From positions 12,100-76,099 of the forward strand of contig JAHPZE010000021.1 of assembly GCA_019058365.1 (NCBI GenBank): a DNA stretch of 64,000 nucleotides, given 5' to 3'. Source of the stretch: Promethearchaeota archaeon (GTDB lineage Archaea; Asgardarchaeota; Lokiarchaeia; Sigyniarchaeales; SOKP01). The notes beneath the pieces are model-generated. The model was given only the letters and a program-made list of their open reading frames with translations, made no database searches and was not told the origin of the DNA. A program made the translations under genes and the position numbers. Below are positions 1 to 8,015 of this stretch, in pieces. How positions within the stretch are numbered: the first letter of the stretch is position 1; each line of letters starts with the position of its first letter.

Positions 1-2279
1 TCCATAAATTTTTCGCGTTGAGTCTTCATTTCTTTTGTGATGAGTTCTTGAAATATCTTTTCTCGTTTTTCACGTTTTAATTCAGCTTGCAATTTTAACT
101 GATTCTGCAATTCTGCTTCTCTTTTCCTATTTTCAATTTCTACAATAGAATTTTGGATTAGAGTGATTTCATTTTGCCATTCAATGTCCGCAAAAAAGTT
201 TATAGCATATTGGAGGATCTCAATTGCATCGTCAAAATTATTTTGCTTTACATTTTCTTGTGCCTCTTCTAGTAATTTAAAACCTGCTTCTCTTTTTTCC
301 TCACGATATTGTGATTCCTTTTCACGTTCCACTAACTCAATCTCTTTTGTTTTTAGTTTTTCACGTTCTTGTTGTAAATATTTTGAAATTTGTTTTTGGA
401 ATGTTTCCTCACTTTTTTCTCTCTCAATAGCATCTTGCAGTTTTTTTTGTTTTTCGATGTTTTGCTGTCTTTGTAAATCTTCAACTTCTCTTATCGAATC
501 CTCAATTAATGGAATTTCTTCTGTCCATTGAATTTCAGCAAATATATTTGCTGCATTTTGATATGCTAGAACTGTATCTTCATAGTTGCCTTTTTTTAAG
601 GACTCAATCGCAGAATCCAAAAATTCAAACGCAATATTTTTGCGATGTTCAAAAAACTTAATTTCTTTTTCAGTATCTTTTACAATAATTTCTTTCTTTT
701 TTAAACGATCTCGCTCTTTATTTAAAAGAATAGCAATTTGCTTTTGAAAATCTAATTCTTCTCGTCTTCTTTCTTCTACTTTCTTCTGTTCTTCATATTT
801 TTTTGTAAGCCGACTATGCTTCAGATTTTCTATATTTGAAATTGTGTTCTTGATCATTGATTTATAAACCTCCCAACCAGAGCCTAAATCTGTGAGTATT
901 TCTAAAGCCTGGTTGTATTCTTTTATGGCATCATCAAAATTTTTTTCTTTTAATATTTCATCTGCTTTATCTAATATTATGAAAAGATTTTCTTCTTCCA
1001 ATACTTCATCGCTTCTTTTTGCTTCAAACTCCTTTCTCTTTGTATCTAATTCTTTTGCTGATTGGACTATCTGCTCTTTTTGCTTTTTATAAATTGAGTC
1101 TTGAAGAATCATTAAATCCTTTTGTCTTCTCTCTTTTAAATAATCAGCTGCAAGTTCTCTTTTTTGCTTACTTTTTATTCCATCAATTAAACTTATAATA
1201 GGCTGGACATATGAATCCCATTCTATTGATTTAAGAAGTTGAACTGCCTCATCTAATTTTTCAATTGCTGAATCATATCTTTTTTCCCTTTCAAGTCTGT
1301 TTCCAATATCTATCAGATTAAATGCTTTCATCTGAATTTGTTCATCATGCTGTTTCTTCACTTCAAATTCAATCAATTTTTCCTTTTTCATTTCTGCTTC
1401 TTTTTCTGAAACAATTTTTTGGTCCTCAATGTTACTTGTTAACTGCAGCGCTTCTTGCTTTTGCCGAACTTGAAGAGACTCATAATATTTTTTATCTGTT
1501 TTAAGTTTTTCAATTAATAATTGAATATTTTGAGTCTGAGCATCCCATCCGATAGATTTTAGTAATTCAATAGCTCTTTCATAATTCATTATCGCATTAT
1601 CGAATTTCTTATCTTTTTCAAATATTTTAGCAGCATCAATATGGGCAAAAGCTTGATTTTGTATATCTTCTTCATGTTTTTTTTGTACTTGGAATTTGTT
1701 AATAATTTCTCCTTTTTCAACACTGCTCTTTTGTCCAAACATACCAACAACTTGAGGTTTCTCGTCTGATAATACAGTAGGAATCTGTTGTTTCAAGTCC
1801 ACTTCCTGTTCTTGAGGGTGCTGAACAGCTTTTTGCTGTTTTAAATCTCTTGTTAGTTTATGAATTTTCAATTTTATATTCTCTAATTGAGTTTCAGACC
1901 ATCCTGCTTGAACTAATAGCTTTACTGCAGACAAATATTGTTGGATAGCATCTTCAAAGAAACCATCAAATTCCAGTTTCTTTGCGCCTTCTAATAAAAT
2001 AAAAGCTTGATCTTGCAATTGTTCAATTTGAGCTTGAGTTTGAACTCGCTGATATAATGTCTCTTTTTGGATAAAATCCTTTAACTCACCAATCCTATCA
2101 TAAATCTCTTGGATTCTATGAATCAAAAACCCACTCTGCTTAAGAAGATCGGCTGCTTTTTGATAATTTGAAATAGCATTTTCTACATCTTTCTCTACTT
2201 CAAAATTTTGAGCAAGTTCTAAAAATTTTATAGCTTCTTGCGCTAATTCTTCTGGTTTTTGCAATTTTACCGAAGCCAC
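1..2279 (-). CDS. Large helical-repeat/coiled-coil protein with at least 7 MIT/TPR-like units; partial, runs off the window start; absent from the ORF track
   Basis: Hand translation from GTG at 2279 (or in-frame TTG at 2264, preceded by AGGTGG) is stop-free to position 3 (about 759 codons). Recurrent unit AF-x-x-(L/I)-(D/E)-x-A...(F/Y)-(D/E)-x-AI-x-x-Y-x-x-A-x-x-(L/I)(L/F)-x-x-x-x-W, separated by E/K/Q/R-rich linkers. Confidence 0.9.
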   Translation of the reverse strand, partial: MASVKLQKPEELAQEAIKFLELAQNFEVEKDVENAISNYQKAADLLKQSGFLIHRIQEIYDRIGELKDFIQKETLYQRVQTQAQIEQLQDQAFILLEGAKKLEFDGFFEDAIQQYLSAVKLLVQAGWSETQLENIKLKIHKLTRDLKQQKAVQHPQEQEVDLKQQIPTVLSDEKPQVVGMFGQKSSVEKGEIINKFQVQKKHEEDIQNQAFAHIDAAKIFEKDKKFDNAIMNYERAIELLKSIGWDAQTQNIQLLIEKLKTDKKYYESLQVRQKQEALQLTSNIEDQKIVSEKEAEMKKEKLIEFEVKKQHDEQIQMKAFNLIDIGNRLEREKRYDSAIEKLDEAVQLLKSIEWDSYVQPIISLIDGIKSKQKRELAADYLKERRQKDLMILQDSIYKKQKEQIVQSAKELDTKRKEFEAKRSDEVLEEENLFIILDKADEILKEKNFDDAIKEYNQALEILTDLGSGWEVYKSMIKNTISNIENLKHSRLTKKYEEQKKVEERRREELDFQKQIAILLNKERDRLKKKEIIVKDTEKEIKFFEHRKNIAFEFLDSAIESLKKGNYEDTVLAYQNAANIFAEIQWTEEIPLIEDSIREVEDLQRQQNIEKQKKLQDAIEREKSEETFQKQISKYLQQEREKLKTKEIELVEREKESQYREEKREAGFKLLEEAQENVKQNNFDDAIEILQYAINFFADIEWQNEITLIQNSIVEIENRKREAELQNQLKLQAELKREKREKIFQELITKEMKTQREKFM

Positions 2280-2469
2280 CTAATTGTAATTTGAAATTAA
2301 AAATGTAAACACTTTTCTTACTTTACTTTAACCAACTAAGTAATTAAACTTTTTATATTATGATTATTATTTTAACTAATTTAGTGAAAACGATACGCAA
2401 TTTTGAATTTACCATAATATTGAAATCAAATTTTTAAATAGAAATTATATACATAATTGAACCTAAAAT

Positions 2470-4425
2470 ATGGAAGCAAAAAACGGAAATATTATTATTG
2501 ATTTTGAACCAATTTCAAGAAGAGTGCTTTTTTCAGATGATTACTCGCTTTATGAAATTCTTTCAGAATTAAACGTGCCAATAAGTTCGATATGTGGAGG
2601 TTTAGGGACCTGTGGAAAATGTAAGGTCCTAATTCAACGGGGTAAGGAGTATTTGAATAATCCCACTCCTTCTGAAAAAAAATTTTTAAGTAATAATGAA
2701 ATTGAAGATGGATGGCGTCTCGCTTGTCAAACAAAAATTGATATTAAAAAAAAAACATATCTTGAAACACTTCAAGTCCCACAATTTCGCGTATTTTTGC
2801 CCCGTGAACTTTTACTTGAAGATTTTAACATTTTAGTGTCAGGGATCAGTAAGGGAATTGAAATTAGACCAGCTATTACAAAGATTTTCATTGAAGTAAA
2901 AAAATCATCATTAAAGGAACCAATTGCAGATTTTGAAAGGATTGAATCAGCTCTTTTGTCTAAAAGTACGAATTTGAATAGAAATGATGAAATTAAGATA
3001 GATTTTAACGTTCTAAATGATATTCCGACTCTTCTAAGAGAAAATCAATACAAAATCACTTTAGTTTTATGGAATAATACTAATATTATCACTTGTGAGC
3101 CAGGTAATACTCTTGAAGAGAATTTTGGAATCGCTTTTGATATTGGGACTACCACAATTGTGGGGTATCTGATGAATTTGAATAACGGAAAAATTTATGC
3201 GGTTGATTCAAAATTGAATAGTCAAACTGCATATGGAGAGGATTTAATAACACGTTTAACATTTATAAAAGATAATCAAAAAAATCTTCAGAAATTAAAT
3301 TCTGCCGTAATAAATGATTTAAATGAAATAATTGCAAACGTATGTAATAAAGCAAATATTAAACCTTCTCAAATCTATGAAGCTAGTGTTGTAGGAAATT
3401 CTGTTATGCATCACATTTTTTTAGGATTAAACCCTGTTAATATAGGTTTAAGTCCATTTATTCCAGTCATTCAAAAAAATTTGAATATTAAAGCAAAAAA
3501 TTTAAATCTTAATATTTTAAAAAACGGAAATGTGTATACATCTCCATTAATTGCTGGTTTTGTTGGAGCCGATACTATAGGCGTTATTCTCTCGTCGCGT
3601 GTCTTTAATGAAAAAGAGCTTACTTTAGCTATTGATATAGGTACTAATGGCGAAATCATTGTAGGGAATCGTAAGATTCTGGCAGTAGGATCATGTGCTG
3701 CAGGTTCTGCTTTGGAAGGGGCTCATATTGCTGATGGAATGAGAGCTGCGGCAGGTGCAATTGATAAAATTAAAATTGATCCCAAGAATTTGGATGTATC
3801 CTATACTACAATCAAACATAAGAAACCAATAGGGATATGTGGCTCTGGATTGGTTGATGTAATAGCAGAGATGTTGAAATCTAAAATAATTACAAGAAGT
3901 GGTAATTTCAATAAAGAAATTATTAATCATGAAAGATTTATTAAAAACGATAAAAATGTAGAATTTATTGTGGCTAAAAATGAAGAAACATCTTTAGATA
4001 AGGACATAACGATTAGCCAAAACGATGTGAGACAAATCCAAATGGCAAAAGCTGCATTTTATGCTGGCGCAAAGATTATTCTGAATAATTTAAAGCGTAA
4101 TTTAAAAATTGAACAAGTCTTTTTAGCAGGCGCTTTTGGAAATTATATTAATGCTTATAATGCAAAATTTATAGGCATGATTCCAGATATTCATGATGAT
4201 AACATTTTTCAGATAGGCAATGCTGCTGGAATAGGAGCACAACACTGTTTATTGAATAAAGATTTGCGAAATAAAGCACAAACATTATTAAAGAAAATTC
4301 AATACATTGAAATTGCAGTAGATAAAAGCTTTCAAAAAGAATACGCTGAGGCAATGTACTTTCCTCATTTAAATCTTGATTATTTTCCAAGCTTAAAAGA
4401 ATATAAAGTAATCCCCAAAAGGTAA
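2470..4425 (+). CDS. ASKHA-domain reductive activator of corrinoid proteins (RACo/AcsV-like, DUF4445) with N-terminal 2Fe-2S domain
   Basis: CGGLGTCGKC...RLACQ 2Fe-2S motif; DIGTT, DIGTNGE, GICGSG and AGAFG ASKHA motifs; 651 aa. Confidence 0.9.
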   Translation: MEAKNGNIIIDFEPISRRVLFSDDYSLYEILSELNVPISSICGGLGTCGKCKVLIQRGKEYLNNPTPSEKKFLSNNEIEDGWRLACQTKIDIKKKTYLETLQVPQFRVFLPRELLLEDFNILVSGISKGIEIRPAITKIFIEVKKSSLKEPIADFERIESALLSKSTNLNRNDEIKIDFNVLNDIPTLLRENQYKITLVLWNNTNIITCEPGNTLEENFGIAFDIGTTTIVGYLMNLNNGKIYAVDSKLNSQTAYGEDLITRLTFIKDNQKNLQKLNSAVINDLNEIIANVCNKANIKPSQIYEASVVGNSVMHHIFLGLNPVNIGLSPFIPVIQKNLNIKAKNLNLNILKNGNVYTSPLIAGFVGADTIGVILSSRVFNEKELTLAIDIGTNGEIIVGNRKILAVGSCAAGSALEGAHIADGMRAAAGAIDKIKIDPKNLDVSYTTIKHKKPIGICGSGLVDVIAEMLKSKIITRSGNFNKEIINHERFIKNDKNVEFIVAKNEETSLDKDITISQNDVRQIQMAKAAFYAGAKIILNNLKRNLKIEQVFLAGAFGNYINAYNAKFIGMIPDIHDDNIFQIGNAAGIGAQHCLLNKDLRNKAQTLLKKIQYIEIAVDKSFQKEYAEAMYFPHLNLDYFPSLKEYKVIPKR

Positions 4426-4669
4426 AATTTGGTCATCAGAATTTCCCTACTTAATTTTATTTGTTTTTATGTGATTTTAAAACCATAGAAATGAATAAAA
4501 ATCATTATTACTTTATGTAAAAATATTTAAATTTAGAATTTATTTTATCTTTAATTTAGTCTATATTAATAAATTAAATAAATTCTTAAATACCATTTAT
4601 AATATTTATTTATATACACAATTAAAAAAAAAATTAAAAGATTGTAAAAACCGACGTGAGTGAAGCTTT

Positions 4670-5194
4670 ATGTCAAGTTTTAAACTAAAAGTATTATTAA
4701 CTGGCGCCGCTGCTGTGGGAAAGACTAGTCTTGTTCAGAGATTCATCAAAAACAGGTTCCAAGCAAATTATAAATTAACTGTTGGCGTAGATATTTTAAC
4801 TAAAGATGTAGAATTCAGACAAGGTGAAATAGCAACACTTTCTATATGGGATATTGGAGGACAACAGAGGTTTGAGTTTATCCGTAGTACATTTTACAAA
4901 GGAGCAGCTGGAGCTTTATTAGTCTTTGACTTAACTCGAGAACAGACATACACGGAAACAAGGAAATGGCTTACGGAGATTCGTCAATTCGCCGGTGAGA
5001 ACATTCCATTTGTTTTGATTGGGAATAAAGCAGATTTAATGGAAGATGTTGGCGTAGTAATTGATCGAGATGAAGCCCGTTCATTTGCAGAAAATGAGGG
5101 GAGTATTTATATAGAAACTTCTGCTAAGACTGGGATTAATGTTGATGAATCTTTTACAGAGTTAACCCGTCGAATAATTGACTCAAGAACTTAA
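4670..5194 (+). CDS. Rab-like small GTPase (Asgard eukaryotic signature protein)
   Basis: G1 GAAAVGKT, G3 WDIGGQ, G4 NKAD, G5 SAK; RabF-like motifs VGVDI, TLSIW, FYKGA, LVFDLT; no C-terminal Cys tail. Confidence 0.93.
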   Translation: MSSFKLKVLLTGAAAVGKTSLVQRFIKNRFQANYKLTVGVDILTKDVEFRQGEIATLSIWDIGGQQRFEFIRSTFYKGAAGALLVFDLTREQTYTETRKWLTEIRQFAGENIPFVLIGNKADLMEDVGVVIDRDEARSFAENEGSIYIETSAKTGINVDESFTELTRRIIDSRT

Positions 5195-5309
5195 GCTTTA
5201 AGAATAAATTTATTTACCTAAATTCTAATTTAGTAATTTGATTAGAAGTTCTGTTTCTTAAAAATAAAAGTCGTTTTCTTCAACTTTTTTTAAAGATGTA
5301 TTGAAGGTC

Positions 5310-6725
5310 TTAATTTGGACCTTCAAATTCCTTGTAAAGATCATCATGAATTATTTTTATTGCATCCTCTAATTTAGCTCTCTCAATAACTATTGACAAA
5401 TTTAACTCATCATGACTTTGTGAAATTGCTTTGACTTGTATGTTTTTTTTATCTAATGCGTTGAATATCTCTACCTTTGTCCTCGTTTCAAGTATTTTAA
5501 GACCTGTGATATTAATTACAGAAACATGCTCCCACTTAATTTTGAAAAATTCTGAAAAGAATTTTGAACTTTTCAAAGCGGCAATTGCGCGCTCTGAGTC
5601 TAATTCACTTATTATGAAGGAAGTACTTATTTCAGAGGAACTTTGAGCCACTAATGAAACGCTAATTCTATTTTTACTCATAACTCTGAATATTTTAGCA
5701 AGAACACCGGGTATATCAACCATGCTTCCAGAAATGATGGTTATGATTGTAACAAATTCAACAGCAGAAATCCCTTTAATATGTTCCTTATCAGTTATTT
5801 CTGAAATTTGTGTGAAGCTCTTTTCTAAAGGTTTTTCAAAGTTTCTTATTTCTAAAGGTATTTTGTCTTTTTCAATAGCTTCCAAACATTTGGGATGAAG
5901 GATTTTAGCTCCAAAACTAGCAATATGTTTAGCTTCATTATAATCTAAATTTTTTATAAGAGAAGAGTTGGGCACAAATTTGGGATTTATCGCTAATAAT
6001 CCATCAACATTTTTCCATAAAATAACTCTAATATTTTTATCATTTCCGATATCATACAGAGCTCGTGCTATAATAGTTGCTGTATAGTCAGATCCCCCTC
6101 TCCCTAAAGTGGTGATATAGCCAATTTTATTTCTACCAATAAAGCCAGTTAAACACACTATTGTATTTTTATTCGGATTTTCTAATAATGGAACTAACAT
6201 TCTTTTTATTCGGGAATTTGTTAAATCATACAATGGATAAGCATTATTAAACTCATCATTAGTTATAATTAATCTATTTGCAGGAATATATACAGAATCA
6301 ATCTCATTACTTAGAAGAAATTGATCTAATATATATGTAGATAAAATTTCTCCAAAACTTAATACAAAGTCTTTATAATAAGGTTCTAATCCAAATTCTT
6401 TAATATCTGCAAAAGTATCCTCTAATTCACTTAATCTATCATCGATCCAATCCCTTGCTTTAATATAATGCTCAGAATCTTCAGTGAATATTTGTTCAAT
6501 TATATCAATATGTCTCTTTTCTATTAATGCTATGTTATTATCTGTATCTTTATCCTTTTCTAACATATTTGCAGTTTTTAAAAGTAAATCTGTTATACCA
6601 GTCAAAGCGGAGACAACATATACTTTCTTTACTTTCTCATAAATATTTGTAATATTGAGAATTTTATTAAACGAATCTTTATCGTTTAAACAAGAACCTC
6701 CGAATTTCATAACGATTATCGGCAT
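5310..6725 (-). CDS. lysC: Aspartate kinase with C-terminal ACT domains
   Basis: MKFGGS, VVSA, TTLGRGGSDYTA, FGAKILHP; ACT-like PGVLAKIF...SSEISTSF. Confidence 0.92.
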   Translation of the reverse strand: MPIIVMKFGGSCLNDKDSFNKILNITNIYEKVKKVYVVSALTGITDLLLKTANMLEKDKDTDNNIALIEKRHIDIIEQIFTEDSEHYIKARDWIDDRLSELEDTFADIKEFGLEPYYKDFVLSFGEILSTYILDQFLLSNEIDSVYIPANRLIITNDEFNNAYPLYDLTNSRIKRMLVPLLENPNKNTIVCLTGFIGRNKIGYITTLGRGGSDYTATIIARALYDIGNDKNIRVILWKNVDGLLAINPKFVPNSSLIKNLDYNEAKHIASFGAKILHPKCLEAIEKDKIPLEIRNFEKPLEKSFTQISEITDKEHIKGISAVEFVTIITIISGSMVDIPGVLAKIFRVMSKNRISVSLVAQSSSEISTSFIISELDSERAIAALKSSKFFSEFFKIKWEHVSVINITGLKILETRTKVEIFNALDKKNIQVKAISQSHDELNLSIVIERAKLEDAIKIIHDDLYKEFEGPN

Positions 6726-6856
6726 TTTATTTACTTCTCTTTTTTAAGATAATAGTTCTTCTGAATATGAATAATTAATTATATTTTATTAGTAAATTTT
6801 ATTCATCTAAGTAGTGTTAAACAAAAATAAAATCAGATTTTAAATTTATAATTAAA

Positions 6857-7729
6857 ATGATCGATCTTCATCTACATTCATCTGCATCTGACGGTTCAGA
6901 TACTCCTTCACAATTAATAGAACACGCGCTAAAGTTTAAGCTAAAGGCGATTGCTATTACAGATCATGATACAATAGGAGGAATAGAGGAATTCTTGTCA
7001 TATGGAGAATTAAAGCAGATCATTGTAATTCCTGGTATAGAAGTTTCAATTAGACATGATCCTTTAAGGGAATTAATAGATGTTCATATTATAGGTTTGA
7101 ATATAGATTATTCTTCTACAAAATTGATCAATTCGATTAATGAACAGATTAAAGGACGATTAGAGCAAAAAAAAGCAATTTGTAGACGATTAAGGGATGA
7201 ATTTGGCTATAATATCTCGTTTGAAGACGTAAAAGCTATTGCTGGAAGCAAGATTATTGGACGCCCTCACATTGTAGAAATGTTAAGAAAAAATAACCCT
7301 AGAAAAGTTGAAGGAAAATCTACAAATGAATTATTCAAACTCATAAGTATTGGTGGCGCTGCTTATGTTAATAGAAAAGTTGAGTTAAACCTTGAAGAAT
7401 CTATTGAGTTAATTAAATCTGCTGGCGGAATTCCCATTTTAGCACATCCAGGAATTTATAAAATTTCAGATTGGATAGAATTTATAAAATTTTGTATTGA
7501 AGCAGGGATTGAAGGTATTGAAGTGGAATACACATATGCAAAAAATAGACCCTATTATGAGACAGATAAAGCAGATTGGGCTCAGAATTACTTTCCTGAT
7601 TACTTTCGGAAAATTGCGAATGATTTTAATCTTATTAAATCAGGAGGTTCAGATTATCATGGCGGTAAAAAGCATATTATGATGGGAGAAGCAAAAGTTC
7701 CTGATAGTTATTTAAAGAAATTTATTTAA
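6857..7729 (+). CDS. PHP-domain metal-dependent phosphoesterase (TrpH/YciV-like)
   Basis: DLHLHSSASDG, AITDHDT, GIEVS, GRPHI, LAHP, GGSDYHG. Confidence 0.92.
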   Translation: MIDLHLHSSASDGSDTPSQLIEHALKFKLKAIAITDHDTIGGIEEFLSYGELKQIIVIPGIEVSIRHDPLRELIDVHIIGLNIDYSSTKLINSINEQIKGRLEQKKAICRRLRDEFGYNISFEDVKAIAGSKIIGRPHIVEMLRKNNPRKVEGKSTNELFKLISIGGAAYVNRKVELNLEESIELIKSAGGIPILAHPGIYKISDWIEFIKFCIEAGIEGIEVEYTYAKNRPYYETDKADWAQNYFPDYFRKIANDFNLIKSGGSDYHGGKKHIMMGEAKVPDSYLKKFI

Positions 7730-7749
7730 TCTCTATTGCTTTCAATTTC

Positions 7750-7971
7750 TCAGATCTTTTTCTCAATCTTATCAGTCAGAAACCCAAAATAAATAATAGA
7801 AATTCCATTAACAATGATATAAGTTCGAACAATTAATCCACTTGTATCAAAATAAATATCCAAATCTGGAGCAATTAAAACTTGAGTTGACAGAACTAAA
7901 TAACTATCTATTATAATAATTAATATCAAACTTAGGAATAGTGCTATAGATAGAATCTCGCTCTTTTTCAT
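7750..7971 (-). pseudogene. Truncated MFS transporter N-terminus (TM1-TM2 only) or small membrane protein
   Basis: 73 aa with two hydrophobic segments, ending at FGFLTDKIEKK, which resembles MFS motif A; stops immediately afterwards, 20 nt from the convergent PHP gene. Confidence 0.55.
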
Positions 7972-8015
7972 TTTAATAGGCTCTAAGTATAAAAATAATT
8001 TAAATTCTATTGAGC

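Noticed and set aside
163-1504. Plus-strand ORFs 163-531, 892-1092 and 1322-1504
   Set aside because: S/F/C-rich antisense shadows of the E/K/Q-rich minus-strand gene.
2470-4425. Functional link between RACo and the B12 radical SAM gene
   Set aside because: They are 46 kb apart; RACo normally serves corrinoid methyltransferase or Wood-Ljungdahl proteins.
7723-7752. Selenocysteine or TGA read-through of the MFS fragment
   Set aside because: A TAA follows within 8 codons, the extension is not MFS-like, and no SECIS was seen.
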